Positions 11,089-21,110 of a stretch of 22,210 nucleotides of DNA are shown in pieces. The notes below the pieces were generated by a model, which worked only from the letters and a program-made list of their open reading frames with translations, ran no database searches and was not told the DNA's origin. Each line of letters opens with the position of its first letter. The first letter of the stretch is position 1. The stretch comes from Octopus sinensis (taxonomy: Eukaryota). The stretch is from positions 1 through 22,210 of the forward strand of contig NW_021823644.1 of NCBI RefSeq assembly GCF_006345805.1, written 5' to 3'. The position numbers and the translations under genes are program-made.

Positions 11089-11637
11089 TCTATTATATAA
11101 AATCCGTTCTGTCTGTCTGTGTGTCTTCTAGGATCTCGGGCATTCTCCATCTGATTGCGCTCAAATTTGATATGTAGACACCGACGGTATCAGGGCGTGT
11201 ATAAGTCTTGAAAAATTTACAAAAATCGATTCCAGGTGAGAATGCGATCGATAAAGCCGTGGGAACGTGCATTTGTACGCGCAAGTACATCAGCTGTTGC
11301 GATCGATACTACGCGTACGCGAGAAAAATGCACGTGCAGTTTGCGCAAAAAAGCCGGCTGGCTTGAAATAATGCCACAAAATGCAGTATATTTAAGAGAC
11401 CAAAAAAGTAAGATGCAAAAGAGATATTTTCTTCAAACTTGGCATGAAGGAAAGAAAGACTATTTGGTTTCTCAAGAATTTCTTTTTTTTTTACTTAACT
11501 TCGTTTAACAAAACCAAAAATTTTATTGAAATAAAAGCATGCTTAATTATTTTTTAATGAAAGGAAAACTCTGATTGCTTTTTATTCAGCAGAAATGATT
11601 CAGCAACGTCCATTGGACGGAGAAGTGGGGTTGCTCG
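11089..11637 (+). mobile_element. Probable non-autonomous Helitron
   Basis: Begins A|TCTATTATATAAAA followed by a short (TCTG)n, typical of Helitron 5' ends. The candidate 3' end is a hairpin cgtcca-t-tggacg (11607-11619) followed by CTCG|T (11634-11638), one mismatch from CTAG|T. The 3' boundary is uncertain. Confidence 0.5.
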
Positions 11638-11702
11638 TATAAAAATATTCCGGATTTTCAATGCGAAACAGAAAAAACTGAACTCATAACATGTGTATGT
11701 AC

Positions 11703-11940
11703 TTTCACTCTTTCTTATTTCATTCAATAGACTGCGGTCATGCTGGAGCAGCACCTCGAACAATTTTAGTCGAACGAATTGTTCCCTGTAGTTATATTTT
11801 TATTTTAGCCTGGTACATATTCTATCGTACACTTTGTCAAAGAGCTAAGTTACGTGGACGTAAACACACGAACACTGGTTGTCAAGCAGTTGAGGCGGGG
11901 GGCAAGTACAAAAGCACACACACACATGTATATATACGAC
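11703..11940 (-). mobile_element. 3' half of the 12110-type SINE
   Basis: gactgcggtcatgctgg, tagtcgaac, gctaagttacg and ggttgtcaagc are collinear with 12110-12330. Confidence 0.75.
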
Positions 11941-12109
11941 ATACTTATTTCATATAAATGTATATATATGTGTGTGTGTGTATGTGTGTGTGTGTGTGTT
12001 TGTGTGTTTGTGTGTACTATAATATATTTCTTTTTCCCAGGCACAATATTATATATATATGTATATGCATACACAAACATACGTACGTATGTATGAATGT
12101 ATGTATGAT

Positions 12110-12554
12110 TTTTTTTATTTATCTTTTACTTGTTTCTGTCGGTGGACTGTGGCCATGCTGGGATACTTTGTTGAAGGGTTTAGTCGAACAAATCGAGGCC
12201 AATAGATTAAAAAAAAACAAAAAACTAAACGCCTAATATTTATTCTGTTGTTTTCTTTTACGGAACCGCTAAGTTACGGAGACAGAAACAAACCACCACC
12301 GGTTGTCAAGCGCTGGTAGTGGACGAACGCGTACACAAAGACAAATACATGCAAATACAAGCAAATACATACATGCATATACAGATATAAGATAGGCTTC
12401 TTTCAGTTTCTGTCAACCAAGTCCACTCATTAGGCTTTGGTCAACCCGGAGCTATAGCAGAAGGCTTTAGGCTACGATGCCACGCAGTAAGACTGAACCA
12501 GGAACCATATGGTTTAGAAGCAAACTTCTTACCACACAGCCACGCCTGCGCCTA
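12110..12554 (-). mobile_element. Full-length tRNA-derived SINE (CORE/OR2-like) with internal simple-repeat spacer
   Basis: Minus-strand head taggcgcaggcgtggctgtgtggtaagaag (A-box-like), ggttcagtc (B-box-like), tail ccagcatggccacagtcc...gaaacaagtaaaagataaa. The family name is from recall. Confidence 0.8.
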
Positions 12555-13167
12555 CGTATGTATGTATATGTGTGTGTGAGCCTATATGTATATAATTTGT
12601 TTCGTTTTTTTTTTGTGTTTTTTTTTTAACGCCCTTCTGAATATAATGTTTAAAAGAAACGTACGTTGTACAGAAATAATTCGGAAATCACTATGTTAAT
12701 ATTAGTAAAAATAACAAAACAAAACAAAACAAAACAAAACCACATTAATGGTGAGGTCATATGTTTGCACATAAGGTTATCTAAATGTATACATACAAAT
12801 ATATGTGCATATGTGTGCGCATGTGTGTGCGTGAGCGTGCGTGTGTATATGTGCGCGCGCATGTGTGTGTGTCTTTCTTTTACACGTATTACTTATAGTC
12901 AATTTACGCCACTAAACCATACCAAACTACTATAAGAACTAACAGGAAGTTGTGATGTGTATGCCTAAGTTGTTATCAATAAAAGCGGATAGTAATGCGC
13001 TTAGCTTGGTAAATAAAGGATACTAGTGAGGTGGATCCAGGCAGCTGTGATGTTTATGGCGAAATTGTTGGCAATTAAACACTAAGTTCAGGACTTAGGT
13101 TAGCAAATAGTAGGAAAGGTTTTGTTTGGTGAGTTTAAAAATTGTCACTTCCGGTAGTGCAATTAGC

Positions 13168-13695
13168 GTTGTTAGTATTGTTGTTGTTGTTGGTGGTGTT
13201 GTTGGTGTTGTTGTTGTTGGTGGTGGTGGTGGTGATAGTCGTGGTGGTGGTGTCGTTCTTGTTGTTGTTATATATTGTTGGTTTTTTTTCTTCACGCTTC
13301 AACATTGAAAAAAAAAAAGAAAAAAAGAAAAGAAATTAGGTGTTATTGATTTCTTTTCCCTCTTCTTACATGCGACGACGACGACGATGATGATGATGTC
13401 TATGACTATGATGATGACAATGATGCTGTTATGCTATTAGTTGCGGTGGTGGTGGTGGTGATGCTGATAATGATGATGATGAAAGTAATGATGATGATGA
13501 TGATGATGATGATGATAACGACGACGACGACGATGATGATGAAGATGATGATGATGATGATACTGTTAGTGCTGGTGGCGGCGCTGGTGGTTGTTATTGG
13601 ACATAAAGAGGAGGAGAAAGAAGAGAAAGAAGAGGGAGACGTGGATGGGAATGGGAAAAAAGAATAGTGACCATAATAATAATGGTAGGTATCAC

Positions 13696-13730
<35 letters not shown>

Positions 13731-13807
13731 CCACCACCACCACCACCACCACCATCTTCATCATCATCATCATTATCATCATCATCATCATCATCATCAT
13801 CGTCACC
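13168..13807. repeat. Trinucleotide microsatellites: (GTT/GGT)n 13168-13270, (GAT/GAC)n 13373-13561, (CAT/CAC)n 13691-13807
   Basis: Direct reading. Confidence 0.92.
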
Positions 13808-13917
13808 AACGGCCATGTTAGTGATCTTCGCTCATTGTTTATCTTCTTCATTGACTCATGACGTAGAAGATCAAAAGACACTAAATTCATTTGTGACTGT
13901 GACACTGGTGGCGTCCT

Positions 13918-13941
13918 GGGCGGGGCGGGGCGGGGGCGGGG
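13918..13941 (+). other. G-quadruplex-forming / tandem GC-box motif GGG-C-GGGG-C-GGGG-C-GGGGG-C-GGGG
   Basis: Five G-runs of at least 3 separated by single C. Confidence 0.7.
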
Positions 13942-14144
13942 ATGTTGGTGTGGTCCTGCACTTTACATTATGCACTTTATTGTAGTTTATTGTAGCTACT
14001 AATTTCCAACTCTACCTCTTCCTCTTCCTCTCCCACTCCCTTCTCTCTCTCTCTGTCTTTGTTTCTCTCTTTTCTGTCGTTTATGTTTTCTGTTGCTTTC
14101 ACTTATTGTCCCTCTGCCATCATACGCATACACGCATACATACG

Positions 14145-14149
<5 letters not shown>

Positions 14150-14236
<87 letters not shown>

Positions 14237-14370
14237 CATATATGTATATATGTGTATGTATGTGTATACATAATTATGTGTATGTATGTATGCATGCATA
14301 TATGTATATATATATATGCATGTATACGTATATATATATGTTTATATATATATGTGTGTGTGTGTGTAAT

Positions 14371-14446
<76 letters not shown>

Positions 14447-14579
14447 CATATATGTATATATGTGTATGTATGTGTATACATAATTATGTGTATGTATGTA
14501 TGCATGCATATATGTATATATATATATGCATGTATACGTATATATATATGTTTATATATATATGTGTGTGTGTGTGTAA

Positions 14580-14642
<63 letters not shown>

Positions 14643-14645
14643 CAT
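14150..14645. repeat. Microsatellite cluster containing a 210-bp tandem duplication
   Basis: 14237-14371 is identical to 14447-14581. Confidence 0.9.
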
Positions 14646-15023
14646 ACAGGCATATGTGCTTGTGTGTGTCCAGCTTTGTCTTTCCGTCTGTTTTCCCCAC
14701 CTTTTAGCCCTCACCTTTGTCCTCCATGCTTGTTAGGTAGGACAAATGTTTGCCGTTCTATTAGTAAAGCTACCCTCTTCTCGCGCTCCAAATCCCCCCG
14801 CTCCTTTTAACGAACACCATACACCACCTTGTCTAATCTAAACACCAATAACAACAATAACATACAATATACAACTACAACAACGACAACAGTAATAATA
14901 ATCATTACAAATACTATAAGACCACCGTTTACTATTAGCTACATCGTTGGAATATCAGATAAAATGAGGCATTTGTTTCGGATCTATATGTTTTAGGTTC
15001 AACCCCAACTGATGCCAAATTAG

Positions 15024-15153
15024 TTTCTTCTTCTTCTTCTCCTCCTCCTCATTCTCCTTCTTCTTCTTCTTCTTCTTCTTCTTCTTCTTCTTCTTCTTCT
15101 TCTTCTTCTTCTTCTTCTTCTCCTCCTCCTCCTCCTCCTCCTCCTCCTCCTCC
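15024..15153. repeat. (CTT)n-(CCT)n polypyrimidine tract
   Basis: 130 bp with a single purine (15051). Confidence 0.95.
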
Positions 15154-15338
15154 AGTCAGCATTGAAAGGTTATAGTGATACTACTACAATTGTAGCAACA
15201 ATATCTACAAGACTTAAGACAATATCCGTATTCATAGCATTGGTACAACGTCTTATTGCGGTCAATTATTACTCAGACACGCCGTACGTATACTGCAGCA
15301 ACTGTTAAGTAAATGCTCACTTATTTAATGAAGTTAGT

Positions 15339-15590
15339 GGCGGCGCAATGGCCCAGTGGTTAGGAGAGCGGACTCGCGGTCGGAGGATCGCTGTTTCGAT
15401 TCCCAGACCGGGCGTTGTGTGTGTTTATTGAGCGAAAACACCTAAAGCTCCAAGAGGCTCCGGCAGGGTGGTGGTGGCAACCCCTGTTGTACTCTTTCGC
15501 CCTAACTTTATCTCACTCTTTCTTCCTATTTCTTGAGTAACGCTGCGATGGACTGGCGTCCCGTCCAGCTGGGGGGAACAGATACACCGA
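15339..15590 (+). mobile_element. tRNA-derived SINE (head A, tail X)
   Basis: A-box TGGCCCAGTGG, B-box gtttcgattcc, motif ctgcgatggactggcgtcccgtccag (resembles the V/Nin-domain SINE motif). Confidence 0.88.
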
Positions 15591-16162
15591 GCCAGATCTC
15601 GCGGCATCATTTGTGAGCCACGTAGATAACATGTTCACATAATAAAAACAAATATATATTATATTGTTGTTGTTTAGTCTCATATTAGTCCTGATCAAGC
15701 AGATCAAGCCAGTTTTCTTCGTGTACAAATTGCTAGCTGTATTATTAAGTCTAAACAACAATCAAACATCCCCTTTGCAATAAATCTATCGAAGAGGAAG
15801 CGTTAAATAAAAACAATAACGCCAACTATCCACCTAAGATCATAAAGGATCTTATATACATTCGAAATATTAGGGAATGATAAGTATTCTAAGTTATCAG
15901 CATATTTACTCTTTTACACTTTTCTAATGCAACATAAACAGTATCATTTATAATGTTATTACAACCGCAACTCCTATTTCAGGATAACCTTATTGTATGG
16001 CATTCACATAGAAAGGTATATCCAATATAATAATAATAATAAAATAATATAAGCATTTAAAGAACCTACTATAAAATACAATAAAATTATTTGAAAACAT
16101 ATTAGAATAAATATATACTACTTGCCTGTTATTAGTCTGTGGGGAAAGACGATTCTTTTAAT

Positions 16163-16242
16163 CAACGCTACACGTGTTTCTGCGCTGGTGTGGTGTTTGT
16201 TAAGGCTATACCTAATACACGAATCCACCAGTGCATCCTCAT
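16163..16242 (-). ncRNA. Minimal hammerhead-ribozyme-like motif, truncated at C3/helix I
   Basis: Minus strand: (A)UGAGGA, stem II UGCACUGGUG/CACCAGCGCA (9 of 10 pairs), GAAAC-ACGU-GUA. Helix III has a palindromic loop. Confidence 0.65.
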
Positions 16243-16427
16243 TCTATTATCTTGTTGTTATTATTATTAATGGATCAAAGTTAAAAATACATATTATAAG
16301 TCATATTAAATAGAAAAATAAGAATATGAATAAAAATATAATAAAAATATATAAATTACAAATATATTTTTAAAAATTAAAAAAATTTAAAAAATTAAAA
16401 AATAACACCTAAAATCACAATACCGAT

Positions 16428-16802
16428 AAATATAGAACATTCTAAACCCAAGGAAACCCTCACCAACTATATTATAAACACATCAAATCCTACAACCTAT
16501 CTATATAAACATTACGGGAATTAATAATTTAGTGTAAGATTTACCCCTATCTATATAAGTATAAATATTATTCTCAAACGTAAGTTAATTGTATTTAAAA
16601 AGATTATTTAGAAAAAGCACTATGTGTATTCCTGAAATAGAAGTTGCGGTTCTAATGGTAAAATCTCAAATTTGTAATAATAGTAATAATAATAATAATA
16701 ATAATAATTGATTGATTGATTGATTCCAGTTCCAGCCCATGAGCTGTGGCCATGCGGGAATAATAATAATATAATAATAATAATAATAGTAATAGTATAG
16801 TA

Positions 16803-16833
<31 letters not shown>

Positions 16834-16966
16834 TAGTAATAGTAATAGTAATAATAATATAATAATAATAATATAATAATAAAATAATGATAATAATAAT
16901 AATAATAATAATAATATAATAATAATAATAATAAAATAATAATAATGATATTAATAATAATAATGA

Positions 16967-16997
<31 letters not shown>

Positions 16998-17053
16998 TAA
17001 TAATAATATAATAATAATAATAATAATGATATTAATAATAATAATATATATAT

Positions 17054-17090
<37 letters not shown>

Positions 17091-17375
17091 CAATGCATAT
17101 ATAAACAATATATATATATAATATAAACAATTGCAGTGTGTGTAAGGTGTTTATAAGCCATTTAAGAAACACACAAAAACTGTCGGAATTTTGTCAGTCA
17201 ACAGGTCCCGGTCTCAAATCGATGAAAATATTTTGGCAACTTAAAATTAAATCTTGAAGTGAATCTAACAGTTTTTGTGTTTCTTAAATGGCTTATAAAC
17301 ACCTTCCATGCTGTATTTGTTTTCGTTCCAGCACACGATCTCAGATCAGGTCACTTGCTATGCAAGTACATCTCC
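16428..17375 (+). mobile_element. Putative Penelope-like element terminal region interrupted by (AAT)n, with an inverted partial terminal repeat at 17144-17305
   Basis: The inverted repeat is directly visible and encloses a decayed hammerhead-like fold. The family assignment is inference; no GIY-YIG or RT ORF was recovered. Confidence 0.35.
16675..17110. repeat. Long imperfect (AAT)n followed by (TA)n
   Basis: Direct reading. It contains a foreign 51-bp insert at 16708-16758. Confidence 0.93.
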
Positions 17376-17392
17376 ATAATATATATATATAT

Positions 17393-17518
17393 TTTATTTT
17401 TTTTTATTTTATTAAGTTTCAGCTCACGAGCTGTGGCGATGCTGGGACACCGCCATTCGGTGATGCTACATGATTTTACTTCACGAATGCTTTTTAGCAA
17501 TTGACATTTGGTGCAGGT
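17393..17518 (-). mobile_element. 3' tail fragment of a retroelement sharing the CCAGCATGGCCACAG motif with the 12110 SINE
   Basis: Minus strand: ...cccagcatcgccacagctcgtgagctgaaacttaataaaataaaaa. The same motif occurs at 16726-16758 and ~12146-12161. Confidence 0.55.
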
Positions 17519-17605
17519 CTCTCAGGTCCTTCGGGAGGATATTGAAGAGCTGTGGACCTCTGAAGCCCAGGCTATCACAGTATCTTGTCCTACATCTATA
17601 TATAT

Positions 17606-17908
17606 GAGGAGACGCAATGGCCCAGTGGTTAGGGCTGTGGACTCGCGGCCGTAGGATCGCGGTTTCGATTCCCAGACCGGGTGTTGTGAGCGTTTAATGA
17701 ACGAAAACACCTAAATATTTCCACGAGGCTCCGACAGGGGGTGTGGCGATCCCTGCTGTACTCTTTCGCCACAACTTTCTCTCACTCTTTCTTCTTTTGG
17801 CCTGCTCGCTTATCCAGCGGGGTGGCGTCATCTGAAGGCTAAAACAATGCGAAGTGCATTGTGACCAGCGATGTGTAGCAACATCTGATAGCCTGATCGG
17901 TCATGGTG
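17606..17908 (+). mobile_element. tRNA-derived SINE (head A, tail Y)
   Basis: Collinear with 15339 up to ctcactctttcttc, then a different tail ending tgtgaccagcgatgtgtagcaacatctgatagcctgatcggtca. Confidence 0.88.
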
Positions 17909-18934
17909 TATATATATATATATACATACATGTATATAAGTATATAAACGTATATAATATGTTTGTGTGTGTATGAAAATTGACAATAAGATCTGAGTTT
18001 TGCCCCATGGTGATCTGCTATAGTGTCTAGTCCCATGGCGAACCGAGATTTAGAGTAAGATATCAACATTTGATATAATTAACGCATTTGTCCCCTCTAA
18101 CCAGAGTATTGAGTTCTAAATCAGATAATGTTTGCTAGATGTAAAATATATTTTGGTATACTTTACAGTACTTGCATTATGGTATATTTACATATAAAGT
18201 TAAATATAGGTATATATACACATGTAAGTATACATACGGACACGCGCACACACACACATCTGTGTGTGTGTTGCCTGTATATTGCGATAGATAATTCTCA
18301 AGTATAAAGAGAAGATATTTTGTACACGGCTTTAAGAATTTGCTCCTCGAAGATCTTGCCAATTCTTTCTTCAATGACAAACAGATAAATTCATACGCGC
18401 ACGCCAAGACGAACAAGCAAAGAAACAAACGCGCACCTATAACGAAATAAAGCCGTTAAAATGTGCGAATGAGTGTTTCTAATCACAATAGACATTGTTT
18501 GTCTGTCTATCGTCTGCTTGTTGCAATGTCTTGCTCAAAATGATGGACGACATTGATTGTAAATATATCTATCGTCTGACACCTACCATTTTTGTTTCTA
18601 TTAGCACGTGATGTATATCTCTAATTCTCTTCCATCTTTTTTCGTGTTTCCCTTTCTTTTTATACCCCTTCCTCTTTCTCTCCCTTTCTCTCTCTCCCTC
18701 ACCCACACACCCACACCCAGGGGTTCACTCACTCTCATGCACTATCTGTCGCAAGCTCTTTTCTGTTCCTTCCATATGGATTTCTTCTTTCTTTTATCAT
18801 TCTTATTGTGTTGTTCCTACACACACACAGATAATTATAAATACATGTATGGACGCGCAAGCAAACATTTAAAGCATCGAGTCTATACTTTAAAAAATTT
18901 AGGTTTCCTTGTATATGTTTAAGTATATTTGTGC

Positions 18935-18935
18935 A

Positions 18936-18966
<31 letters not shown>

Positions 18967-19225
18967 GTCTGTCTCTCTGTCAATTTATCTAGCTAGCTAT
19001 TAGTCTATCTATGTGTCTGACACTCTATCTGGTTATCCATCTATTTATCTTCTATCTTTCTGACAGTCTATGTATGTATGTATATATGTATGTATGTATG
19101 TATGCATGCATGCATGTATGTATGTATGCATTTATGTACGTATGTATGCATTTATGTGCGAAGGCATGCATGTTTGTATTTATGTATGTATATATGTATG
19201 TCTCTATCTATCCATCTATCTATCT

Positions 19226-19281
<56 letters not shown>

Positions 19282-19322
19282 AACTATCTATCTATCTATC
19301 TCTCTCTCTCTCTCTCTCTCTC
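18935..19322. repeat. (TCTG)/(TATG)/(TCTA)/(TC) microsatellite cluster
   Basis: Direct reading. Confidence 0.9.
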
Positions 19323-19334
19323 AATTTATATAAA

Positions 19335-19629
19335 GGTGCATCGTTTAGTGGTTATGGTGTTGCATCCACGATTGCGAGATCGCGGGTTCGATTCCCAGAC
19401 CGGGGGTTGCGTTGTGTTCTTGAGCAAAGCACTTCATTTCACATCGCTCAGCAATGGGTTTGTCATCTGACATGTGGCACACAGTGCACCTATACATGTA
19501 ATATCGATTCGATGGAAGGAGTGAGTTTATGCGTACACAAACATTTGATCATCGTAAACAAATTCGTCTGTGTGTTTGTTCGGCAAGAAATTGCCGAACA
19601 CTCATACTTCATCTAACGACGAGAGAATC
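19335..19629 (+). mobile_element. tRNA-derived SINE (head B, tail Z)
   Basis: A-box-like gtttagtggtta, B-box GGTTCGATTCC, ttgtgttcttgagcaaagcac. The tail holds a perfect 10-bp hairpin with a GAAA loop. Confidence 0.8.
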
Positions 19630-20503
19630 TACGATTTATAGGTGTGAGTGTATTTGTGTGTGTTACAGTAATAAGGATCCGTAAAGAATTAAGCCATATG
19701 AACGTGAATCACGCTCTAATTGGTAAGAGAGAGTCCCGTAGAGCAGACAGTGAACTAATAATTTATCAGCGAAGGAAGCGTCAATGATGTTTAGACATTG
19801 CGGTTGCAATTTCAATAGTACGTAGAGTATTCAACAACGAATTAAATATGGAGAATGATGTAAAATAACATATAACGAGCGTATGGATTTGCGACTGACG
19901 TTACAAATGTTTCGTCAGAAGTCTTTATTTACTTTTTAATATACTTTTTCACGTTATGCAATACACGAAGCAACTCCCAAGATGTTCATGCAAATTCTGA
20001 AACGTACGTAAGGACAGGCTGAGAGATCCACTGGTTATCAACAAGTGGGAATGCAAAAGATGATGCCGATATTTAAATTATACAAAGAGCAACTGTCCTG
20101 AAGATGCCTTTCAAGTATAACTTGAAACGTGGAGAGGTTGTAATTTGTAGACAGAGATATAAAACGATAAGAGAAAGTTGGAGAAAGACGAATATATATA
20201 TGCTACAACCAGAACTTGGCGTCAAGAACACATTCAAAGAATTCAGACCATTTCGGGGCCATGGTTGAAAAAAACTAGGATTCATAGTGCTGGTTACAAT
20301 GGAACTTTGATAAGCGACACATTGAATCCTAGCACTGAAATATAGGGTTTCTTTTTGCTAACTTCTGTAAAAGGAATTTTCCAGTTCGAAAACCCAAATC
20401 TTAAGGCCTTTCAGTGAAATAAATGCGTTGAATATGTATTGAATATATGTATAAATATGTATATACAGTGTAAGTGTATATATATAATACTATATAATAT
20501 ATG

Positions 20504-20535
<32 letters not shown>

Positions 20536-20675
20536 ATATATAATATATATATATACGGTTTAAGCAATTGAGATTCAAGTGAGTTCTAATGAATTCACAT
20601 GAATATGGTACTTAACTAGGATGCACCGGAAATCAATATGGTGTTAACCATACGACAAAGTGGGGGTGATTACAA

Positions 20676-20810
20676 ATAGGAAAAAAAGCAACACGAATGG
20701 ATCAATATATCGGTACAATTGTTTCGTACGAGGACATCTTTATTAAAGATGTCCTCGTACGAAACAATTGTACCGATATATTGATCCATTCTTGTTGGCT
20801 TTTTTCCTAT
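20676..20810. repeat. 135-bp near-perfect palindrome with a 1-nt loop
   Basis: Arms 20676-20742 and 20744-20810. The inner 48 bp (20695-20742/20744-20791) are perfect, with 3 mismatches further out. Confidence 0.97.
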
Positions 20811-20943
20811 ATATATATATATATATATAGCGAGAGAGAGAGAGGGGGGAAATAGAAAGAGAGAGTCAACAGATTAGCATGCCTACTGTTTTTAACCTGT
20901 ATACATGTGTATATATGTGTGTGTATATCTATCTATCTATCTA

Positions 20944-21010
<67 letters not shown>

Positions 21011-21110
21011 TATGAGAGGTAAAAGTGTCAAGAAGACTATAGTTAAGCTCCAGGTCCAACGAAGGTTAATATATCAGCATGTGTATATATAAAAAAATTA
21101 ACTGACTGAG

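Noticed and set aside
12645-12675. GAAAC-GTAC-GTT (a similar GAAAC-GTAC-GTA occurs at ~19998)
   Set aside because: No core or stems upstream, and TACGTA-type strings are common here.
15345-15420. tRNA-like A/B boxes in several places
   Set aside because: All continue into shared SINE bodies and lack a full cloverleaf, so they are SINE heads and not tRNA genes.
15770-15890. Short + frame LCNKSIEEEALNKNNNANYPPKIIKDLI reminiscent of the Penelope post-RT N.YP motif
   Set aside because: Too short and AT-rich to call.
19960-20270. Peptide scraps (RC..KILK, WKDRL, LKRGEVV, RQRYK) hinting at a decayed RTE 3' end or a piggyBac fragment; also CTGAAGA...GAAAC at ~20098-20127
   Set aside because: Needs several frameshifts and fits two unrelated families equally poorly. 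It cannot be supported without tBLASTx/HMM searches.
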